IMG/VR virus record: IMGVR_UViG_3300049489_001507
Span: 1 to 24,804 of that record
Source of the DNA: a virus
Taxonomy: Duplodnaviria; Caudoviricetes
Direction: 5' to 3' (one strand)
Length of the DNA stretch: 24,804 nucleotides
Part shown: one piece after another, positions 8,617-15,475 of the stretch
Layout: each line of letters begins with the position of its first letter
How positions within the stretch are numbered: the first letter of the stretch is position 1
Notes under the pieces: generated by a model
Database searches by the model: none
The model's input: only the letters and a program-made list of their open reading frames with translations
What the model was told of the DNA's origin: nothing
Position numbers and translations under genes: made by a program

Positions 8617-8639
8617 GCCAGCCTCAATTCTGTCACAAA

Positions 8640-8915
8640 TTATGAAACACGTTTTTTTGAAGGCAAGTCATATTCGGGATGATTGAAATTAGGAATCATC
8701 CAGGGATTGAGACTAAGAACTTGAATGCTGAAGTGAAACACTTCTTCATTAATGCGAGCCTGTTGAACTTCATCTGCCAAGGCGATTGCATCATCCAAGT
8801 TATGAAGTATGCCAATTTCCTGGACTTTATAATCCCATTCAAAATACAATCCAGTATCGATCCTTGTGACACAATGGAGGAAGGTTTTTATTTCAGGGGT
8901 ATAAATTACAAACAC
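8640..8915 (-). CDS. AT-rich accessory hypothetical protein
   Basis: 91-aa ORF filling the gap between two minus-strand genes; non-ATG start. Confidence 0.55.
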   Translation of the reverse strand: MFVIYTPEIKTFLHCVTRIDTGLYFEWDYKVQEIGILHNLDDAIALADEVQQARINEEVFHFSIQVLSLNPWMIPNFNHPEYDLPSKKRVS

Positions 8916-8917
8916 AA

Positions 8918-9580
8918 TTAGCTCATTCCAGAACTGTTAAGCATTAATTCTGTTTTAGAAATATCACTCAGTGTCATTTTAAATTCTGGGAAAAGGTATT
9001 GATTTAATTCATTAATTTCATCGTAAAGAGATTTATAAACTAAATGTACTCGAATCCTTGCCATTTTACTCAGATTTAAATTGTGCCGAGCCACATTGGC
9101 ACCATGAAATACTTTAAATATTGTGATTGATTCTCCAGCCGCAATTAAATCGTTTGGTTCAAATGATCTGATAGAATGCCTATCGTAAATTTTAATAACT
9201 CTAAAAATTGCAAGTAGACTTAATCCACTTGAGCCCGAATACAATATATCATCCACGTAAACATCAAATTTTAGTATTATTGCCGGGCCAACCCCACCAT
9301 TTTTGATTGAAACTGAAATATCTTTTGAGGTGCTTCCAATTAATTCAATAAGCAAGTGAGGTTTAACACTAAGTCTATTATGAATTCTGGTTTGAACAAC
9401 ATCATCGAGCGCAATAATTATTGCGGCCAATGATAGAATAAGTGCGAAACTATTTTGAAAAAAAAGATACTCGGCCTCAAACAATTCCCAAACGGAGATA
9501 TTAGTAAATAAACTAGTCCACAATAGCATACAGAGATTAGCAAGAATTGTTAACCCAAAGTATTTAATAATACGTTTCAT
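8918..9580 (-). CDS. AT-rich accessory protein: 2 N-terminal TM helices plus beta-rich domain (KNGGVGPA motif)
   Basis: Hydrophobic N-terminal segments, then SVKPHLLIE...VSIKNGGVGPAII...LIAAGESITI. Confidence 0.8.
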   Translation of the reverse strand: MKRIIKYFGLTILANLCMLLWTSLFTNISVWELFEAEYLFFQNSFALILSLAAIIIALDDVVQTRIHNRLSVKPHLLIELIGSTSKDISVSIKNGGVGPAIILKFDVYVDDILYSGSSGLSLLAIFRVIKIYDRHSIRSFEPNDLIAAGESITIFKVFHGANVARHNLNLSKMARIRVHLVYKSLYDEINELNQYLFPEFKMTLSDISKTELMLNSSGMS

Positions 9581-9585
9581 AAGGT

Positions 9586-9593
9586 CAAATTTA
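9586..9593 (-). promoter_or_regulatory. Candidate Bacteroidota-type -7 box (TAAATTTG) for a leaderless moron transcript
   Basis: Minus strand reads TAAATTTG-acctt-ATG(9580). Confidence 0.4.
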
Positions 9594-11012
9594 ATGGATC
9601 AGCGACTTCAAATTGAAAAATTAAAGAGAGACTTTCAAGCCAAACTTGAGAAGAACTCTCCCCGTTACCGCCGCGCAATCGTCCGCGAATTGGACTTTCT
9701 TTACCGGAAGCACGGTAAGGGGGATTTACAGGGATTTCTTGAGTCCATCGATAAATACTTCGATATTCCTGCTACGGAAAAAGCATTGACCGTTGAGGTC
9801 TTACGTCAGTCCCAGGCAGAGATCTCGCAGCTGTGGGATGAATACTTCCGGGAGAGCACAGATCTGTTCGACACCGCGGATCCGAACACCTTTGAAAAAC
9901 TCCAGGCTCTTTACAAAGTGGACTTCTCAAAAATCAAGAGTGACTCCGGAGCCATCATCACTGAGGAGATCCGCCGCTCAGCTCGCGCCGGTCAAGGATA
10001 TGAAGTCCTCCGATCCCGGCTGCTGAAACGCTCGCTCGGAGAATCTCAGGTGCGCACACTGGCAAACACTGCGCTCGCTCAGTTCGATAATGCAACAATG
10101 ATCGAGTATGCTCAGCAGGGCGGAGTGGAGAAGTTCAAGTATGATGGAGTGCTGCACACGAACACCCGTCCGTTCTGCCGCGAGCATCTCGGAAAGCAGT
10201 ACACCCTGCAACAGATCCGGAGCATGGACAACAGCCAAGGGATCCCGGTGGAGACAAGCTGCGGCGGATACAACTGCACACATTTCTGGACGCCGGTTGT
10301 TGTCACATCGAAGGTGCAACGCCGCACGGTGAAACCTGTGGACGGATTGAGCGAGAGTCAAACTCACTTCATGAATCAGGTTGTGCAGAAGCTCGGCATA
10401 AAAATGCCGATGTCATTTTATAAAGCTGACTTTGACAAGATTGTCACACTGGAACATAGAAATGATGAGAATGCATATTGGGAGGAGTCGCGGTCGGTGA
10501 TTCATATCGGTCATGCACGATTCAATTCCGAAATCACCAAGAAAATGGTCGTTGCTCATGAAGGAGCGCATGCAAGGCACGACACGAGAGAGCTGGTGAC
10601 GAAATACGGACCGGTGAATAAGGTCGTAGAAGAAAAATACCATCAGCACTATCAAGAGATCTTCGGTGGAAAGCCGGGAGCAGAACTGCAGAATCGTTTC
10701 TCTGAAATCGAACGACAGCTCAGCAGCCTAAATATAATGGAGTTCAAACAATTGCACCCGGATGTATCGGATTCTGACATTCAAGAACTGTGGGGATCCA
10801 CGATGGACTTCTTTGGTTCGATGACCAAGAACCGAGTGGGAGGTGGACATCGAACAGGATACTATAAAACGACACGCTGGCAGATGTTCGAATGGTTCGC
10901 GCATTGCTCTGAGAACTACTATGTTGGGAATCCGTACTTTGAACATTATTTTCCACGTGAATATAAAATGACCATTCAATTTATGAAGGAGATCGAAGAT
11001 GCAGGAATATGA
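9594..11012 (+). CDS. MuF (gpF/SPP1 gp7-like) head protein fused to a C-terminal HExxH zincin metallopeptidase
   Basis: RTLANTALA, YDGVLHTNTRPFCREHLGKQYT, CGGYNCTHFW (MuF); VAHEGAH, GGGHRTGYY, FEWFAH (zincin). Confidence 0.85.
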   Translation: MDQRLQIEKLKRDFQAKLEKNSPRYRRAIVRELDFLYRKHGKGDLQGFLESIDKYFDIPATEKALTVEVLRQSQAEISQLWDEYFRESTDLFDTADPNTFEKLQALYKVDFSKIKSDSGAIITEEIRRSARAGQGYEVLRSRLLKRSLGESQVRTLANTALAQFDNATMIEYAQQGGVEKFKYDGVLHTNTRPFCREHLGKQYTLQQIRSMDNSQGIPVETSCGGYNCTHFWTPVVVTSKVQRRTVKPVDGLSESQTHFMNQVVQKLGIKMPMSFYKADFDKIVTLEHRNDENAYWEESRSVIHIGHARFNSEITKKMVVAHEGAHARHDTRELVTKYGPVNKVVEEKYHQHYQEIFGGKPGAELQNRFSEIERQLSSLNIMEFKQLHPDVSDSDIQELWGSTMDFFGSMTKNRVGGGHRTGYYKTTRWQMFEWFAHCSENYYVGNPYFEHYFPREYKMTIQFMKEIEDAGI

Positions 11013-11205
11013 AGAACTCAAGAAAAAGTATTATGCTCGGTTCCCACAGGAACGCGAAGAAAAAAGTATCGAAGCGCTATTCTTCGGCTATGGCCGATCA
11101 CGCGCAGTAGAGATCATGAAAGAAGCTGGAGAGCGGTTCATCGCTATTCAATACGATGAACAGGCTCACGATAAAATATCATTTCAATTTGAGGAGAGAC
11201 AATAG
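10999..11205 (+). CDS. Small protein, candidate immunity/inhibitor of the MuF peptidase
   Basis: 68 aa, AAGGAG SD, overlaps the 3' end of MuF. Confidence 0.65.
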   Translation: MQEYEELKKKYYARFPQEREEKSIEALFFGYGRSRAVEIMKEAGERFIAIQYDEQAHDKISFQFEERQ

Positions 11206-11501
11206 TGAAAGCAGAAACAGTACGCAACAAAGCCAAACGATTCATTGAAAAGGGAGAGATGAGTCAGAACGATCTGGCACGGAAGAGCGATATTGCAGCA
11301 TCAACGATGTCCGGTTTCCTCAAAGGACAATATGAGCTGAACAATCTTCAATTGAAGACAATTCTGCGTATCGTTGATCCTTTGGCATTCAATCCGAGAG
11401 TGGTCGGAGCGAAGCATAGGACCATGTTTCTGATGCGAGGATTCGATCAGGAAGAAATCGCCGTAATTGCCTCCGAAATCAGGGGGGCATCAAATGTATA
11501 G
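11205..11501 (+). CDS. XRE-family HTH protein
   Basis: MSQNDLARKSDIAASTMSGFLKG; GTG start with GAGGAG SD. Confidence 0.8.
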   Translation: MKAETVRNKAKRFIEKGEMSQNDLARKSDIAASTMSGFLKGQYELNNLQLKTILRIVDPLAFNPRVVGAKHRTMFLMRGFDQEEIAVIASEIRGASNV

Positions 11502-11605
11502 GGGTTGCCTGTTCCGAACGATTATGAACGAAACGGAACAGTATAGCGTTGATTCTAATACCGTTACTTAGATGCTCTAAACGGTTGAATTAAGAGGTTC
11601 TTGAG

Positions 11606-11630
11606 GCGAGTAGAAATACTCGCATTTTTT
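11606..11630 (+). terminator. Intrinsic terminator
   Basis: GCGAGTA-GAAA-TACTCGC followed by ATTTTTT. Confidence 0.85.
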
Positions 11631-11684
11631 AATGTTTTTTTGTAACCAAAATCACAACATTCTAAAGCTTCTTTCGTCTTATTG

Positions 11685-11728
11685 CATATGAAGAACTTCT
11701 TGTCATATGATGTAAAGATTAACATATG
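11685..11728. repeat. Three CATATG palindromes at 19-bp period
   Basis: CATATG at 11685, 11704 and 11723. Confidence 0.75.
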
Positions 11729-11748
11729 CTAAGGATCATTATCTTCTG

Positions 11749-11776
11749 TTGACAAAAGTTAATTATTTGGTATATT
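11749..11776 (+). promoter_or_regulatory. Promoter of accessory island
   Basis: TTGACA (11749-11754), 16-nt spacer, TGg-TATATT (11771-11776). Confidence 0.75.
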
Positions 11777-11818
11777 TAAGGCACGAGTTATCAGTACTTG
11801 TCCAATAGTAAAGGTAGT

Positions 11819-12145
11819 ATGGAAGAAAAGAAATTCACTATTGTCTTCAAGAAATCTCCCGATTTTAAGATTTATCCAGCCCAAGTTATTTATGGTGGTC
11901 CTACACCAGATTTAAGTGGTGTCGTCATGAACTTCGGTGTTGATCATCATCCAATTCCAAGTTATGTGCAGCATCCAATCGAGGGAACTCAAGTTCTGCT
12001 GGGTAAAATCGATCAGATAGCTCAAGTCGGCAATGTCGAGCGTGAGTTATTGGGTGCACTGTATATAACAACTAGCCAAGCAAAGAGTACAGCACAATGG
12101 TTATTGGAGCAAGTAGAAAAAATTGAAGGGAGCAGCCATGAATAA
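11819..12145 (+). CDS. DUF3467-like protein
   Basis: FKKSPDFKIYPAQVIYGGPTP..VVMNF...VERELLGALYITTSQAKSTAQWL pattern; ATG 11819 with AAGG SD. Confidence 0.6.
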   Translation: MEEKKFTIVFKKSPDFKIYPAQVIYGGPTPDLSGVVMNFGVDHHPIPSYVQHPIEGTQVLLGKIDQIAQVGNVERELLGALYITTSQAKSTAQWLLEQVEKIEGSSHE

Positions 12146-12524
12146 TATTAGCTTTGCACATTTCGAGAATTCAGATACAGTAAAGATGGCGTCATGCCAT
12201 GTGAATGATATTGGAGATTCATTTGTAGAGGACTATTTAAAGACGCCTAAATTCGTAGAGGCTCGGAAATTATTTATAAATAAACCTCCAATTAAAATTC
12301 ATAATATTCCATTTTCAATCGTTGAAGAGAATGGAGAATTTGTAGTTTCAAATAATGTGTGGCCTTCTTTAATCGCTTCAGCCAATTCGGTGCATCAAGC
12401 TATCGAAAACGCATCTCAATTGATTACCGATGTGATTGATGAATATGTTTTTGAATCTGAAGAGAATCTATCTGCAGATGCAATTGAATTTCGCAAATAT
12501 CTTCTTACGAGGATATTCTCTTAA
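12138..12524 (+). CDS. hicB: HicB-like antitoxin with N-terminal extension
   Basis: IVEENGEFVVSNNVWPSLIASANSVHQAIENASQLITDVIDEY resembles the HicB partial RNase H fold; adjacent to hicA. Confidence 0.65.
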   Translation: MNNISFAHFENSDTVKMASCHVNDIGDSFVEDYLKTPKFVEARKLFINKPPIKIHNIPFSIVEENGEFVVSNNVWPSLIASANSVHQAIENASQLITDVIDEYVFESEENLSADAIEFRKYLLTRIFS

Positions 12525-12527
12525 ACG

Positions 12528-12812
12528 ATGCCTGTCGATCGAAGCGTTCTTGTCGCCGTATTAGAGGCTAAAGGATTTAAAGTTAGAGAAGGCGATCATT
12601 CTTTTTACTCTTTATACGTTGATGGAAAAAAAACATCTGTATTCACAAAAATATCTCATGGATCTTCCTATAAAGTATATAGCGATAGTCTTTTAGGGTT
12701 TGTAAAAAAGCAGATGTCCTTAACTTCAGAAGAGTTGAGACAATATATTGAGTGCACGATTAGCTACGATATGTATGTCCAAATATTAAAAGAAAAGGGC
12801 AGAATAAAATAA
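12528..12812 (+). CDS. hicA: HicA-family mRNA interferase toxin
   Basis: LVAVLEAKGFKVREGDHSFY...TKISHGS...SLLGFVKKQMSLTSEEL. Confidence 0.8.
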   Translation: MPVDRSVLVAVLEAKGFKVREGDHSFYSLYVDGKKTSVFTKISHGSSYKVYSDSLLGFVKKQMSLTSEELRQYIECTISYDMYVQILKEKGRIK

Positions 12813-12839
12813 AGCCGAGTTTAACTCGGCTTTTTTTTT
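12811..12839. terminator. Intrinsic terminator, probably bidirectional
   Basis: AAAGCCGAGT-TTA-ACTCGGC followed by nine T; A-rich on the upstream side. Confidence 0.9.
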
Positions 12840-12847
12840 GAGGATAT

Positions 12848-13678
12848 ATGAAGTTAAATTTTTCACAACGAAAAGGACTCTTGCCTATCAAGGTTGAACT
12901 AGAAAGAGATGGCATATCAGGTGAATTAAGGAATACATTATGGAACTATTTTTTTGTTGATATTTATGGTCCAATCGCGAAAATGCATTACTCAGTCAGA
13001 GATGATCTGTTAAAGAAATTTTTTTACGCAATATGGATTGGATTTTTTAAAAAAGCGGTCGATGAAATCCCTGTTTATAGAACTGGTTCAATTAATGCAG
13101 ATGCGACAGTATTATATATTAAGGAATGGTTTTTTAAAGTAGGTTATAATCGACTGTTAGACTTTATTGAATTTTTAATAATGTCTAACTCGAAGCGAAT
13201 TGATGATCTTAACAGCATATTTGAAGATGAAAGATCTGCATATCGGATAGTAAATGAGATTATTATTGAAATTGATTCTAAAGAAGAGGTTGCCGAAATT
13301 CAATCGGCAATAGATAGCGCTCCTAATAATTCAGTCCAAACGCATCTTAAAGCTGCAATGGATCTCTACTCGAATAGAAGTAATCCCGATTATAGAAATT
13401 CTATTAAAGAATCAATCTCGGCCATTGAGTCTTTAGCAAAAATAATTATTAAAAATGACAAGGCCACGCTTGGCCAGGCTCTGACAGAGATCGAAAAAAA
13501 ACACAAAATACCCAATGCTTTAAAAACTGCTTTCTCTTCACTGTATGGTTACACTTCAGATAGCGGAGGTATAAGACACTCGCTATCCGATGGCGATATA
13601 GCTGTTGGGAAAGAAGAAGCGAGATTTATGCTTGTATGCTGTTCTGCTTTTGTAAATTATCTGAAATCTAAAATGTAG
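12848..13678 (+). CDS. AbiJ N-terminal-domain (NTD4-like) plus HEPN-type protein, candidate abortive-infection effector
   Basis: FSQRKG...ELRNTLWN N-terminus; PDYRNSIKESISAIES and LYGYTSDSGGIRH..EARFMLVCCSAFVNYL C-terminus; AT-rich. Confidence 0.8.
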   Translation: MKLNFSQRKGLLPIKVELERDGISGELRNTLWNYFFVDIYGPIAKMHYSVRDDLLKKFFYAIWIGFFKKAVDEIPVYRTGSINADATVLYIKEWFFKVGYNRLLDFIEFLIMSNSKRIDDLNSIFEDERSAYRIVNEIIIEIDSKEEVAEIQSAIDSAPNNSVQTHLKAAMDLYSNRSNPDYRNSIKESISAIESLAKIIIKNDKATLGQALTEIEKKHKIPNALKTAFSSLYGYTSDSGGIRHSLSDGDIAVGKEEARFMLVCCSAFVNYLKSKM

Positions 13679-13682
13679 TGAG

Positions 13683-14255
13683 TCAAATAAGTTTTAATCT
13701 CTTCATCGCTTCATCTCCTACCAGTTTTGCAAGTCGTCCCTTCTCCGCTTCCGTGAATCCCATGAACACCCGCTTCTTCTTGCTCTTCCCGGCACCCATC
13801 ACGTTGTGATAAAGAGATAGCTGTTTTGTATCGGTATCCTTCGGTCCGAGTATGGCACTGTTGTCATCTGAGGTAAGTATCCCGATGTTGCGCATCATCC
13901 GGCCGGACCAGGTGAGAGAGACGCGGGAAGTATCCTTGCCGCCAAGTTCGCGCATCTGTTTGTACCCGCCCTTGATCACGATCCAGGTGGACTTACCTTC
14001 CTTCGTGAAGACCTGAGCGCCGTTCGAAATGAGGTTCTTCTGTAGCTGCTTTGTCAGTCCGGCCAGAGGCCGTGCGAATGGCTTCGTGGAATACTGATCG
14101 GCGCCGGGAGAGGATCCCGGCAGGAACTTCCCGGAGAGGGTCCGCTCCCGGATGATTGCCAGTCCGGCATTCGCGAGCTTCATCACGACAATGCGATCGA
14201 CGATCGTATCCTTGAGATTCAGAATGGCATTGCGCAGATCATCAGGTGTCTCCAT
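13683..14255 (-). CDS. Mu gpG-like virion morphogenesis/neck protein
   Basis: VSLTWSGRMMRNI, YHN..GAGK...RVFMGFTEAE. Confidence 0.75.
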   Translation of the reverse strand: METPDDLRNAILNLKDTIVDRIVVMKLANAGLAIIRERTLSGKFLPGSSPGADQYSTKPFARPLAGLTKQLQKNLISNGAQVFTKEGKSTWIVIKGGYKQMRELGGKDTSRVSLTWSGRMMRNIGILTSDDNSAILGPKDTDTKQLSLYHNVMGAGKSKKKRVFMGFTEAEKGRLAKLVGDEAMKRLKLI

Positions 14256-15460
14256 CAGATCACCGTATCGCCTTCCTTCGGTTCGGTGAAGCCGGTCTTT
14301 TTGTATAATTCAGATCTCACGAACTTCATCGACGGATCTGCGGAGCGGAGTTCGGCAAAGGTGCGCGCGTTGGCTTCGGAATCTTCCACCTCATCGGTAT
14401 TGAACTTGAATACCGGGAATGCCTGGGCAGGTTCGCCGTAATTCTTCATGTAGTCCTGGATGAGATACTGTTCGCTGATCACATCCTGCAGAGCGATCAG
14501 ATCGCTCCACATGATGTCTGCGCGGACGAAGTTATGAACCTTCGCGGCCGCAAAGCTCCCTTTCCCCTGGATGTCGGTCGTGAGGGTCTGGCCAAGGATG
14601 CTGACTGCCTGTTCTGCTTTGATCGTTTCCACCAGCTCTTTGTGAGCTGAGACCGATCCGGTCCGCATCGATTCGAGCAGCTGCAGCTTCACATCGTCGC
14701 TGAATGCAGCGCGAGAATCCGTTCCGAGTTTTTCAAGACCATTCACGACAGCACTGATCTCATCGTTCTGTGCTCCTTTCCGGTATGATGCCCACACCAT
14801 CGGATCAGCGAACTTCTCATTTCCCTTTGCCCAATTGAAGTAGTCATAATACTTGATCCAGGAATAGAGCATGTTCGTTCGCATGAAGGATCCAACGAAT
14901 GATTTCTCCACACCTTCGAGTGGGTTGTATCGAACGATAACATGTGTCTCCGGATCAAGAGGAGTTCTTCCGAAGAGCTGCGTGTTCGTATTGGTGTTCA
15001 GATAGATCAATGCATCATCGTTGTCCAGGTCAAAGTCCAGCTCAGTGAGATCATATCCCTGTTTCTTGGCAACGACCGTTTCATTATTGGTGTTCTCCCA
15101 GATCAGTCTGGTCGCACTGAACCCGAACAGGCGGCCGTTCATCACCGCATTGAACAGTGAGTTCATTTTGGACCGTGTGAACCGGTTCTTGATGGCAACG
15201 ATCCTTTTCTCCTCCTCGGCGCTCGGAGTCATCCCTTCCGGGAGAGTGATCGTGTAATCGAATCCGAGCACGGCCAGTTTCCTGGTCTGGACCAGTCCGA
15301 GGAGGTTCAAGTCGGTTTGAAGAAGCCGCTGCAGTGTGCTCATCAGCGCGCGCGGATCACGGTACCGTTTGTCGATGTTGTTCGCGCTGCGGATATATCT
15401 CCGGAGCTGCTCCAACGTCGGGAGCAGTGAGTTGGTGAGATCTGAATTCTTGTATGCCAT
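14255..15460 (-). CDS. Portal protein (Mu gp29/DUF935-like)
   Basis: LVQTRKLAVLG, GRLFGFSA, NEKFADP, ILGQTLTTD..GKGSFAAAKVHNFVRADI. Confidence 0.92.
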   Translation of the reverse strand: MAYKNSDLTNSLLPTLEQLRRYIRSANNIDKRYRDPRALMSTLQRLLQTDLNLLGLVQTRKLAVLGFDYTITLPEGMTPSAEEEKRIVAIKNRFTRSKMNSLFNAVMNGRLFGFSATRLIWENTNNETVVAKKQGYDLTELDFDLDNDDALIYLNTNTNTQLFGRTPLDPETHVIVRYNPLEGVEKSFVGSFMRTNMLYSWIKYYDYFNWAKGNEKFADPMVWASYRKGAQNDEISAVVNGLEKLGTDSRAAFSDDVKLQLLESMRTGSVSAHKELVETIKAEQAVSILGQTLTTDIQGKGSFAAAKVHNFVRADIMWSDLIALQDVISEQYLIQDYMKNYGEPAQAFPVFKFNTDEVEDSEANARTFAELRSADPSMKFVRSELYKKTGFTEPKEGDTVI

Positions 15461-15475
15461 GACTATGGTCCTTTG

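Noticed and set aside
11685-11728. Mini CRISPR-like reading of the CATATG repeats
   Set aside because: 6-bp repeats with 13-bp spacers are far too short and there are no cas genes
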